From positions 22,056 to 86,055 of the forward strand of contig JABLXV010000001.1 in the NCBI GenBank assembly GCA_013177895.1: 64,000 bases of DNA. Direction: 5' to 3'. The notes beneath the pieces were generated by a model. That model searched no databases and was not told where the DNA came from. It was given only the letters and a program-made list of their open reading frames with translations. The position numbers were made by a program, and so were the translations under genes. The stretch is from Brevinematales bacterium. GTDB taxonomy: Bacteria; Spirochaetota; Brevinematia; Brevinematales; GWF1-51-8. This document shows, one piece after another, positions 18,943 through 27,456 of the stretch; within the stretch, counting starts at the first letter, position 1, and every line of letters begins with the position of its first letter.

Positions 18943-20643
18943 CTATTCGCCGGTTTCGGACAGGACAAGCGGCATAGAAAGCTCGCCGTTCTCCTGTTTA
19001 TTGGAATAATCGACAATCGTATATTTATAGCCCTGTTCCAAAAGGAACATCTGCCGTTTTCTGGAAAAATCCTCTTCCAGCGTATCCTTCGAGACCAGCG
19101 CGTAGAAGTAGGATTTCCCGGAATCGGGACGAAGTATCCGTCCCAGACGCTGGGCTTCCTCCTGACGCGACCCGAACACTCCCGATATCTGGATCGCCAC
19201 ATCCGCGTCGGGAAGGTCGATCGAGAAATTCCCCACCTTCGATATCACGAGAGCGGATATCTTTCCCGCCCGGAACGCGTCGTATATCTCGGTACGCTCG
19301 TTGTTCGGCGTGCTTCCCGTTATCAGCGGGAGGTCGAACAGTTCGGCGATCTCGCGGAGCTGGGTCAGGTAATGCCCGATGATGAGGATATGATGGTTCT
19401 TATAGCGTTTGATGAGCATGTCGATCATATCGACCTTATTGGGGTTCTCGCTTGCGATACGGAATTTGGTGCGGTTGTTGGCGTTTTTATAAAATTCGTA
19501 ACCCTCCGAAGTCAGAGGGATGCGGATTTCATAGCAGAACGCCTCCGCGATCCAGCCTTCCTTCTCGAGCGTCTTCCACGGGTACTCATAGACCTTCGGC
19601 CCGATGAGCGTGAAGACCTCCGTCTCGAGATTATCCTCCCGGACCAGCGTCGCGGTCAATCCCAGACGGCGTTTGCTCTGAATTGCGGTCGTCATCCGGA
19701 AGATCGGCGCGGGCAGGAAATGCACCTCGTCGTAAATAATCAGGCCCCAGTTCTGGCGGCTGAATATGTCCATATTACGGAACCCGCCCTCGGAATTCTT
19801 CCGGTATATCAGCATATTATAGGTCGTAATCGTGATCGGGCGGATGCTTTTCTTATCGCCCGTGTATTCCCCGATCTGATCCTCGGTCAGCGTCGTCTTG
19901 TCCATGATCTCGCGTATCCATTGCCGTACCGAATCCACGCTGGTGGTGATAATCAGGGTGTATTCCTTGATATCCTGCATGATGCCGATACCGACCACCG
20001 TCTTCCCGGCCCCGCACGGCAGGACTATCACGCCGCTGCCCTCTCTCCACTTCGAGAAGCTGTACACCCCTTCGGACTGGTAGTAACGCAGCGCGAAACG
20101 CTGGTTGCCGAGGGTGACTGCGCGGAGAGTGATATCGAGACTGTTGCCGCTCTCGTACCCGGCGATATCGTGCACGGGTATCAGGTGACGGATGAGGGTC
20201 GCCTTCAACTCGCCGCGGTACTTCTTCTCGAATACGAAACTCCCGTCGTCGTCTTTTTTCGCGTAATCGGCGGTAAATTTTTCTACTTTTTCGGTGATTT
20301 TAGGATTGTTGATTCGGAGGCGCAGATTTTCCTCGCCGTCCTTCTCGAGGATGACCTGCCCGTAGGCGAGATAGTGCCGTTTCACATACTCGACAATATT
20401 CTTCGGGATGTCATATTTTTTATACTGCTCAAGAATTGCGAGTATGGATTCCAACGGCATACCGTTCGCCGCCGCGTTCCATAAGGAAATCGGCGTGATC
20501 CGGTAAAAATGCAGGTGCTCCGGGGTTTTTACCAATTCGGAAAAACCGATGATCTGTTTCCGCACCTCATCGAAATCCGGATGATGGGTGTCGAGCAGAA
20601 GCGTCTTGTCGGATTGTACTACCATGGCTTTTTTTCCGGTCAT
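18943..20643 (-). CDS. XPB/Ssl2 (ERCC3/RAD25)-type SF2 DNA helicase
   Basis: 566 aa. Walker A is VIVLPCGAGKTVVG and the DEVH box is LIIYDEVHFLPAP. Further motifs are GLTATLVRED and the motif VI-like QEEAQRLGRILR. An N-terminal damage-recognition-like domain is present. Confidence 0.9.
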   Translation of the reverse strand: MTGKKAMVVQSDKTLLLDTHHPDFDEVRKQIIGFSELVKTPEHLHFYRITPISLWNAAANGMPLESILAILEQYKKYDIPKNIVEYVKRHYLAYGQVILEKDGEENLRLRINNPKITEKVEKFTADYAKKDDDGSFVFEKKYRGELKATLIRHLIPVHDIAGYESGNSLDITLRAVTLGNQRFALRYYQSEGVYSFSKWREGSGVIVLPCGAGKTVVGIGIMQDIKEYTLIITTSVDSVRQWIREIMDKTTLTEDQIGEYTGDKKSIRPITITTYNMLIYRKNSEGGFRNMDIFSRQNWGLIIYDEVHFLPAPIFRMTTAIQSKRRLGLTATLVREDNLETEVFTLIGPKVYEYPWKTLEKEGWIAEAFCYEIRIPLTSEGYEFYKNANNRTKFRIASENPNKVDMIDMLIKRYKNHHILIIGHYLTQLREIAELFDLPLITGSTPNNERTEIYDAFRAGKISALVISKVGNFSIDLPDADVAIQISGVFGSRQEEAQRLGRILRPDSGKSYFYALVSKDTLEEDFSRKRQMFLLEQGYKYTIVDYSNKQENGELSMPLVLSETGE

Positions 20644-20808
20644 GCAGTCACCCTATCCCCTGTATCGGTCAATAGTAAGGACATATTTTAAAGAGAATAG
20701 GCGGGGATGTCAAGCCGTAAGGGTGTTTTTTTCTCACTTTCCATAACATGCGGCGCCTTACTGAAATTTGACGATTTATTGTTTTTATATTATAATATAT
20801 TAATATAT

Positions 20809-21024
20809 ATGGAGCGGATCAACATGATAGAAATCAGAGAGGAATACTGCCCGCAGAACCATCCCTGCCCGGTCATGCGGATATGCCCGGTAAGCGCGAT
20901 CACCCAGAAGGGTTACGGCGCGCCGATTGTCGATATGGAAAAATGCACGGGATGCCGGAAGTGCGTCCGCGCGTGCAGTACGTTCGCATGGGTGGAAGAT
21001 AAAGTCCCGAATACGCCGCAATAG
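20809..21024 (+). CDS. Small ferredoxin-like 4Fe-4S binding protein
   Basis: The motif CTGCRKCVRAC (CxxCxxCxxxC) is present along with an upstream CPQNHPCPVMRICP. The start is uncertain: ATG 20809 or 20824, with no clear SD. Confidence 0.5.
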   Translation: MERINMIEIREEYCPQNHPCPVMRICPVSAITQKGYGAPIVDMEKCTGCRKCVRACSTFAWVEDKVPNTPQ

Positions 21025-21092
21025 GGTTTTGGAAAGGGATACCCGCGCGGATATAGGGCTTGATGACGACGTAGCAATTTTTTAATATTTTC

Positions 21093-21204
21093 TGTCACTG
21101 CGATACCGCAACGCGGTGAAGCCGTCTATTTTTTCCTTAGAAGTATAAAAATAGATTGCTTCGGTACTGGTTCGGCAAGCTCACCATGACACCTCGCAAT
21201 GACA
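21093..21204. repeat. Palindromic TGTCAYYGCGA-family element, copy 2
   Basis: The left arm is tgtcactgcgata..gtgaagccgtct. An AT-rich spacer separates it from the right arm agattgcttcgg...cctcgcaatgaca. Confidence 0.8.
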
Positions 21205-21260
21205 AAAAACAATTCGTCAACACACCCATATAGGGTGCGTTTTATAACTCTCCACAGGAC

Positions 21261-21303
21261 AGATCGCTTCACCGTTCGGCTTCGCTCACGGTTCGCGATG
21301 ACA
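21261..21303. repeat. Solo arm of the TGTCAYYGCGA family
   Basis: The sequence agatcgcttca-ccgttcggcttcgctcacggt-tcgcgatgaca has the same inner and outer boxes as the right arms of the full elements. Confidence 0.6.
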
Positions 21304-21344
21304 TCAACCCGTAACAAGCCGCGCATAGCGAGCGTAGCCGCAAT

Positions 21345-21420
21345 GTCACCCTGAGCCTGTCGAAGGGCAATCACGCGTGCAGCCGGGATGCACTCCCGTC
21401 ATCCTGAGCCAGTCGAAGGA
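21345..21420 (+). repeat. Two GTCAYCCTGAGC-N3-GTCGAAGG units (A family)
   Basis: The two units are gtcaccctgagcctgtcgaaggg (21345-21367) and gtcatcctgagccagtcgaagga (21398-21420). Confidence 0.85.
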
Positions 21421-21444
21421 TGTTTGCCGGGCGCAGCCGAGGCG

Positions 21445-22971
21445 CTACTTCAGCAGCGACCCCAGTATCCCCCGGAACAGGCTTGCCCCTGCGTTCGCCG
21501 CGGCATTCTTCGCCGCAGTCTTCGGCGACCCGCCAAATCCTCCCATTCCGCCTAATCCGCCTAGCACGCCCAATCCGCCTAATATCCCCGCTAGGCCCGC
21601 GGCCTGATTTCCCTTCATATGCGGCTGCTGACCCATACGCTGCTGCTGCTGCCGATCGGGTTGTCCCTGTTGTGCCTGCTGTTGCTGCTGAGTCTGTACA
21701 CGTTTCATCAGCACTTCATACGCCGATTCGCGGTCGACGTCCTGATCGTACTTTCCCTGAAGCCCCGACGCGCTCATAATTTGGGTACGCGCCGACGGGT
21801 CGATCGGGCCGATGTGGCTGACCGGCGGGCAGATTAACGCGCGCTCCACCGGTTCGGGCACGCCGTCCGCCCCGAGGAACGACAACAACGCCTCACCCAC
21901 TCCCATCTGCGTGATCGCTTCCTCGACATTCACCCCCGCGTTCGCGCGGAACGTCTCGGCGGCGGCTTTCACCACCTTCTGATCCTTCGGCGTGTACGCG
22001 CGCAGGGCATGCTGGACACGGTTACCGAGCTGGCCGAGGATACTGTCGGGCACATCGGTCGGGTTCTGTGTGACAAAGAAAACCCCCACCCCCTTGGAAC
22101 GGATCAGGCGAACGACCTGCTCGATCTTCTGCAGAAGCGCCTTGGGGGCGTCCGCGAACAGCAGGTGAGCCTCGTCGAAGAAAAATACCATCTTGGGCTT
22201 CTCGAGATCGCCGACCTCGGGGAGCTGTTCGAAAAGTTCGGAAAGCATCCACAGCAGGAACGTCGAATAAACCTTCGGCGCCATAATCAGGCGGTCCGCG
22301 GCGAGGATATTCACCATCCCCATCCCGTTGGCGTTCACCCGCATCATATCGTTGATATCGAGGGCGGGCTCGCCGAACAGCATTTCCGCGCCCTGTTCTT
22401 CGAGCGCGAGGAGGTTCCGCTGGATGGACTGTATGCTGATCTCCGATACCTTACCGTACTCGGTCGATATCTTATCCGCGTTCTCTACGAGAAAATTCAG
22501 CGTCGCGCGGAAATCCTTCATATCGAGAAGGAGAAGCCCGTTCTCGTCGGCGACCTTGAACATCAGGGAAATATTCCCGCTCTGGACATCGTTCAGGTCG
22601 AGGAGGCGCGAAAGGAGCATAGGGCCGAGCTCGGAGATTGTCGTGCGGATACGGTGGCCTTTCTCGCCGAAAATATCCCAGAACGCGACCGGGCATCCGC
22701 CGAAGTTATACGGGGGCAGGCCGAGCTGTTCGATACGTTCGTCGACCTTGGGGTTTCCGCCGCCGGGTGCGCTGATGCCGGAAAGGTCGCCCTTGACGTC
22801 CGCCATAAACACCGGCACCCCGATACGGCTGAAACTTTCCGCCATCACCTGCAGCGTCACCGTTTTACCGGTGCCGGTCGCCCCGGTGATATACCCGTGA
22901 CGGTTCGACATCTTCGGTATCAGCGTTATATCCTTATTAGACTTAGCGATCAGTAAATTATTGACTGCCAT
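21445..22971 (-). CDS. HerA-like ATPase, DUF853 (YjgR) family, with Gln-rich and Gly-rich C-terminal tail
   Basis: 508 aa. The N-terminus MSNRHGYITGATGTGKTVTLQVMAE carries Walker A, and MVFFFDEAHLLF carries Walker B. The tail reads QQQQQAQQGQ...GILGGLGVLGGLGGMGGFGG. Confidence 0.8.
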   Translation of the reverse strand: MAVNNLLIAKSNKDITLIPKMSNRHGYITGATGTGKTVTLQVMAESFSRIGVPVFMADVKGDLSGISAPGGGNPKVDERIEQLGLPPYNFGGCPVAFWDIFGEKGHRIRTTISELGPMLLSRLLDLNDVQSGNISLMFKVADENGLLLLDMKDFRATLNFLVENADKISTEYGKVSEISIQSIQRNLLALEEQGAEMLFGEPALDINDMMRVNANGMGMVNILAADRLIMAPKVYSTFLLWMLSELFEQLPEVGDLEKPKMVFFFDEAHLLFADAPKALLQKIEQVVRLIRSKGVGVFFVTQNPTDVPDSILGQLGNRVQHALRAYTPKDQKVVKAAAETFRANAGVNVEEAITQMGVGEALLSFLGADGVPEPVERALICPPVSHIGPIDPSARTQIMSASGLQGKYDQDVDRESAYEVLMKRVQTQQQQQAQQGQPDRQQQQRMGQQPHMKGNQAAGLAGILGGLGVLGGLGGMGGFGGSPKTAAKNAAANAGASLFRGILGSLLK

Positions 22972-22998
22972 AAAAAACTCCTTTCTACTGCATTTTTT

Positions 22999-24171
22999 CT
23001 ATAATCCTAACTTTTTCTCGATAGCGCTCAGCCGTTTTTCAAGCTCGGCGTTCTTCGCCTTCAGCGAATCGTTCTCCTTCTTGAGGGCGGAGAGTTTATC
23101 TTCCTGCTGAAGGATATACAGGAACGCCTCCTCGAGCTTTTGCAGGGTCAGGGTCGCCTGTTCCTTGAGGAATAACCCGTCCTTTTTCACCTGCTCCGCC
23201 GACGGCATCCCCGGAAGGTGCCCGTTGGCATGGATGTACTCCGCGACTTTCGGGAGCGACATCAGCGCATACCCCGGCGCGAACACGAAATCGGGGTATT
23301 TCGCGACATCGGTAATCAGGTCGCCGGAGATTTTGATATCCCCGAGGACAACCAGTTTCGCATCGGGGGCGGAACTCCCGATACCGACATTCCCGTTACT
23401 CGCGATTGTGATGCAGGAATTGTTCTTTATCCCGAACGTCATGGTCTTACTATAATTGTTGAACGCGATGACGGCGGATTTGGTATCGTTCTGGTCGCCG
23501 AAACGGATGCCCACCTGAAGGGTGGACGGCGCGAGGAGGGTCATGTATGAATTGAAGTCGCTCTCGATAATCGCGCTGACGTAGGAATCGATATAGTACG
23601 GCCCGACCGACCCCTTTTTCACATGGAGCATCGCCCCGGGGACTGAGGTGCCGATACCGACACGCCCGTTAGTCAGGAGTATCAACTGCGGAGGCAGCGA
23701 AAGGTCGTCCGATCCGGCGGGCGACACCCTGAACCCCATGCCGTACCCCAGGTAGGAATACATGGTCATCAGGAGAGTGGACGATGCGAGGCGCACGAAC
23801 GGTTTCCCGGCCGAGTCGAACATCTCCATCCCGCCCTTGCCGAATTTCGCCTGTACGGGCTTGTTATCGATGGAATACGCGATATGCAGGGGATATTCGG
23901 GACTGATGAGACCGATGCCGACATACGAACCCTTGACAGTCATCTGCCCGCCGCTCACCTTCCACATCATACGGCCGTCGAGCAGGAGGTTCTCCATATC
24001 GATACCGCCGTTCGCCCAGTTGTAGAGTACATTGAAGTTGGAATTAAAGTCCGTGGATTTTATTAACGCGCCGGGCGCGAAATCGTACGGTTTCTTAACC
24101 GCCGCCGCATGGACTATCAGGGGAAATAAAAATAACAGGGTTATACCGGATAAAACGGCTCTTTTTATCAT
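22999..24171 (-). CDS. Secreted tail-fibre-like repeat protein with C-terminal coiled coil
   Basis: I prefer the ATG at 24171 (GGAGG 5 nt upstream). The signal peptide is MIKRAVLSGITLLFLFPLIVHAAA. G(N/R)VGIG(T/S)S.P...L.V motifs recur three times. The C-terminus reads YPDFVFAPGYALMSLPKVAEYIHANGHLPGMPSAEQV followed by a heptad-rich tail. Confidence 0.6.
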   Translation of the reverse strand: MIKRAVLSGITLLFLFPLIVHAAAVKKPYDFAPGALIKSTDFNSNFNVLYNWANGGIDMENLLLDGRMMWKVSGGQMTVKGSYVGIGLISPEYPLHIAYSIDNKPVQAKFGKGGMEMFDSAGKPFVRLASSTLLMTMYSYLGYGMGFRVSPAGSDDLSLPPQLILLTNGRVGIGTSVPGAMLHVKKGSVGPYYIDSYVSAIIESDFNSYMTLLAPSTLQVGIRFGDQNDTKSAVIAFNNYSKTMTFGIKNNSCITIASNGNVGIGSSAPDAKLVVLGDIKISGDLITDVAKYPDFVFAPGYALMSLPKVAEYIHANGHLPGMPSAEQVKKDGLFLKEQATLTLQKLEEAFLYILQQEDKLSALKKENDSLKAKNAELEKRLSAIEKKLGL

Positions 24172-24246
24172 CGTGACCTCCGAATGATTCACTGAATACC
24201 ATTTTAGCATGAAGCTGGGAAAAAGTTAAGATTTTAAGAATTTGAC

Positions 24247-27231
24247 CTATGCTTGATGGAGAAGACGGCTTACCGTATCCAGAAATTGCGGGATTTCATA
24301 GGGCTTTTTAAGGAATGGTATTCCCTGCTCGTCAAAAAAACTGCCGTCGAGCTGTTTTTCCACATATCCCGAAGTCGCGATGATTTTTATAGCCGGATCG
24401 ATATTTTTCAGGTAAAGGATATATTCCATACCGAAACCGTCGGTGAGTACCAGATCGGTAAATACCAGCGAAATTTCGTCTTTTTTATTGTGGTAGATAT
24501 CCTTTGCTTCCGCGATAGTACCCGTAGTCAGCACCCGGAAACTGTTCTTTTCCAGAACCCGCCGCGCGAACTCGGCCAGCGCCTTTTCATCCTCAACCAC
24601 AAGAATCAGTTCTCCGTTACCGTCGACGGATTTTTTCGCCGCGGGAACCGTTATAACCTGCGACGGGGATAGGCGAGAATCAAGCGCGGGAAAATAAATC
24701 TCGAAACGCGTCCCTTTTCCCAAATCGCTCAGCACATGGATATACCCGTCGTGCTGTTTGACAATCCCGAATACGGTAGGCAGGCCGAGCCCGGTTCCCT
24801 CCCCGACGCGTTTAGTGGTAAAAAACGGCTCGAAAATTTTCCCCACTGTTTCCTGCGACATACCGATACCGTTATCCTCGATAGTCAGACGGACAAAATC
24901 CCCGCTGACGGGATCGGGAACGGCCGGGATAGTCCTATTTTGAAAATGCTCGATGCCGGTGGAAATGGTTATTCTCCCGCCGTTCGGGAGCGCGTCATGG
25001 GCATTCACCACCAGGTTCATCAGGATTTGCTCTAACTGGCTTCTATCGGCCTTTATCGGGGGAATTGCCGGATCGGGTTGTATCAGCAGTTCGATATTTT
25101 CGTGAACCACCCTGATCAGCATCTTCTCGAGATGGGTGAGAATCCCGTTCAGGTCGAGAACTTTAAAATCGAGCACCTGTTTCCTGCTGAACGCGAGGAG
25201 CTGGCCGGTCAGCGAGGTCGCGCTGATGGCGGCTTTGAATATCTCGTTCAGACTCTCGCTCATTTCAGAACCTTGTTCCGATTTAATAAGCAGTATCTCG
25301 GTATATCCGCGGATAATAGTCAGGAGATTATTGAAGTCGTGCGCGATTCCACCCGCCAGACGCCCGATGGCCTCCATCTTCTGAGACTGGTAGAACAGCA
25401 TTTCCTTGCTCTTCAAGTCCTCCTGAGTCTTTAAAATCTGGGAAATGTCCTGATAAGTATGAATAACACCGATTAATTCGCTATGGAAATCGAAGAAAGG
25501 CTTGGAATTCACATAGCAGGGAACCGGGGTTTCGTCGCTCCGTTCCCATACCAACTGGCTCTCGCAATGTTTTTCTCCCTCCAGGATTCTTTTATTAGGG
25601 CATTTTTCAGAAAAACACTCCTCGCTTCGAAAAACCTGGTAACATTTCGAGCCTATGATATCTTTCAGGTCTAGTTTGGCAAGCGCACAGTATTTTTCGT
25701 TGGACATAATCACATTATACCCTTTATCGATCAGGCACATTCCTACCGGCGAGGAATTGAAAATCTGGTTCAATTGATAATAAGTCTCGTAGATTTTCAT
25801 ATCTTTATTTTCAATTACTTTTTTCAGGTCGTCATAACGCTCCAGCTGGCGCCCCAACTCCTCCTCCTGTTCCCGTATCTGGGTTATTTCCATCGAGACG
25901 CCCAGAACGCACATCTCGTCCAGATACCGGAACGGGGTTTTTATCGTCCTGAACCACCGGACTTTTCCATCCCTGGAAGTCACGCTTTCCTCGGGTATGA
26001 TTATAGGTTTCCCTGTCTCGAGGACTTCTTTTTCATCGCGTATCATTAACCCGGCTTCGGATTCAGTGATCATTCCCGCTGCCGCCATTTCCATCGCGGT
26101 TTTACCGAGCAATTCCCCGAGACGGATACCGAACACCTCGCAGGATGACTTATTCGCGTGGAGAATCCGTAAATTTTTATCCTTGACATAGATACGGTTA
26201 GGCGAAACATCGAACACATGACGGAGAAGTTCCTCGTTGTCGGAGAGTTTTTTCTGCGCGCGGTAACGTTGGATAGCCCATCCGTAGTATTCCCCCAGAC
26301 GGATCACGGACTTCAGATCCAGATTGGTATAATCATTCGGGGAATTTGCCAACGCAATCTGCCCGATCACTTTGCCCTCGAACTTCACGGCAACCGATAA
26401 AAACCGTACGATCGGGATATGCCCCTCGGGAACTCCTCTGGAAGCGGGATGTTCTCCCGGAGAATTAGTATAGAAGGATTCACCGGTATTCAGGGAATAT
26501 CCGTGCAGGCCGGAAAATTTCCCCCCGGCATCCCGTGGAAATACAGAACACTTATCAGCCTCGCTGATGCCGCACCCCGTTTCCATCATTTGTACAAGTG
26601 TGTGCGCCACATTATCCCCGGTGACCGGGTCGATTTCAGAGACATATCCATGCTTACTGCCCGTCAATTCCAGAGCATGGGTTAAAATCAGGGAGGCGAT
26701 TTTCGGTATGGATGTATCCTGATAGTTAAGGGGCATATAGATTTCGGATAGAATTCTATTCATTTCCATTTCTTTCGAGAGCACGGTTTCAGAAAGTTTC
26801 TCTTTAGAAAAATCGATGACGGTAGAAACCGCCCCATGGAATGAACCGTCCTTATTATAAAACGAAGCGGTCTTTACAGAGGTATAAACTTCTCTGCCGT
26901 CCTTATGCAAAAAGACTATGCCGGTTTCTTTTGTCGTATCAGTGTTTTTTTGAGGCAGGAAATCGCGGGCAGTTTTTTCCGATCCGGGAGATATAAAATA
27001 TGAAAGGGGTTTATCCGTCATTTCACAGGCGCTGTACCCGAGCATGGAAGCCATTACAGAATTGACGAAAATAGTGTTTCCCGACTTATCAAATACCCAG
27101 ACTCCCTCTCTGAGGCAACCGGATAGCTTCAGGAAAAATCCCGTATCCCCGGATAAATCATTTTTCAGCAATAATGCATTAAGATCGAGTTCTCCCTCTA
27201 ACCCCGCTTCAGTTTTTTTAGTTTCCGCCAT
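24247..27231 (-). CDS. Hybrid sensor histidine kinase/response regulator with multiple PAS and GAF domains
   Basis: 994 aa. The H-box is GRLAGGIAHDFNNLL. The HATPase region includes NLVVNAHDA and GTGLGLPTVFGIV. The C-terminal receiver contains LVVEDEKAL...VFTDLVLTDG. The N-terminal ~600 aa are PAS/GAF-like. Confidence 0.9.
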   Translation of the reverse strand: MAETKKTEAGLEGELDLNALLLKNDLSGDTGFFLKLSGCLREGVWVFDKSGNTIFVNSVMASMLGYSACEMTDKPLSYFISPGSEKTARDFLPQKNTDTTKETGIVFLHKDGREVYTSVKTASFYNKDGSFHGAVSTVIDFSKEKLSETVLSKEMEMNRILSEIYMPLNYQDTSIPKIASLILTHALELTGSKHGYVSEIDPVTGDNVAHTLVQMMETGCGISEADKCSVFPRDAGGKFSGLHGYSLNTGESFYTNSPGEHPASRGVPEGHIPIVRFLSVAVKFEGKVIGQIALANSPNDYTNLDLKSVIRLGEYYGWAIQRYRAQKKLSDNEELLRHVFDVSPNRIYVKDKNLRILHANKSSCEVFGIRLGELLGKTAMEMAAAGMITESEAGLMIRDEKEVLETGKPIIIPEESVTSRDGKVRWFRTIKTPFRYLDEMCVLGVSMEITQIREQEEELGRQLERYDDLKKVIENKDMKIYETYYQLNQIFNSSPVGMCLIDKGYNVIMSNEKYCALAKLDLKDIIGSKCYQVFRSEECFSEKCPNKRILEGEKHCESQLVWERSDETPVPCYVNSKPFFDFHSELIGVIHTYQDISQILKTQEDLKSKEMLFYQSQKMEAIGRLAGGIAHDFNNLLTIIRGYTEILLIKSEQGSEMSESLNEIFKAAISATSLTGQLLAFSRKQVLDFKVLDLNGILTHLEKMLIRVVHENIELLIQPDPAIPPIKADRSQLEQILMNLVVNAHDALPNGGRITISTGIEHFQNRTIPAVPDPVSGDFVRLTIEDNGIGMSQETVGKIFEPFFTTKRVGEGTGLGLPTVFGIVKQHDGYIHVLSDLGKGTRFEIYFPALDSRLSPSQVITVPAAKKSVDGNGELILVVEDEKALAEFARRVLEKNSFRVLTTGTIAEAKDIYHNKKDEISLVFTDLVLTDGFGMEYILYLKNIDPAIKIIATSGYVEKQLDGSFFDEQGIPFLKKPYEIPQFLDTVSRLLHQA

Positions 27232-27456
27232 ACATTACGCTAAAGTACGTACGGAAACCAAGAGACCAGAAATCTCATACTGAACTCCCGGAATATATTA
27301 CCTGATTATTATATCAGATATTGTTGAAATATAACCAGTTTTTATTAAATTTTTCAGAGAATCTTTCAGATAATTTTTACCGATTTCAATAGACATTTCT
27401 CAAAAATCGAATTATGCTAATGCATCGATAAAAACATATTATTTTAGGAGGCGAAT

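Noticed and set aside
19372-20484. 370-aa ORF antisense to the XPB helicase; similar long antisense ORFs at 22009..22956, 36949..38058, 49599..50906 and 53470..54243
   Set aside because: All mirror genes that have strong catalytic motifs on the opposite strand. Their composition is typical of antisense frames and none has a translation signal.
21126-21374. 82-aa ORF (MIALRQAQGD...)
   Set aside because: It is composed entirely of translated repeat units (A-family and TGTCAYYGCGA-family arms). The same peptide-like strings arise wherever the repeats occur.
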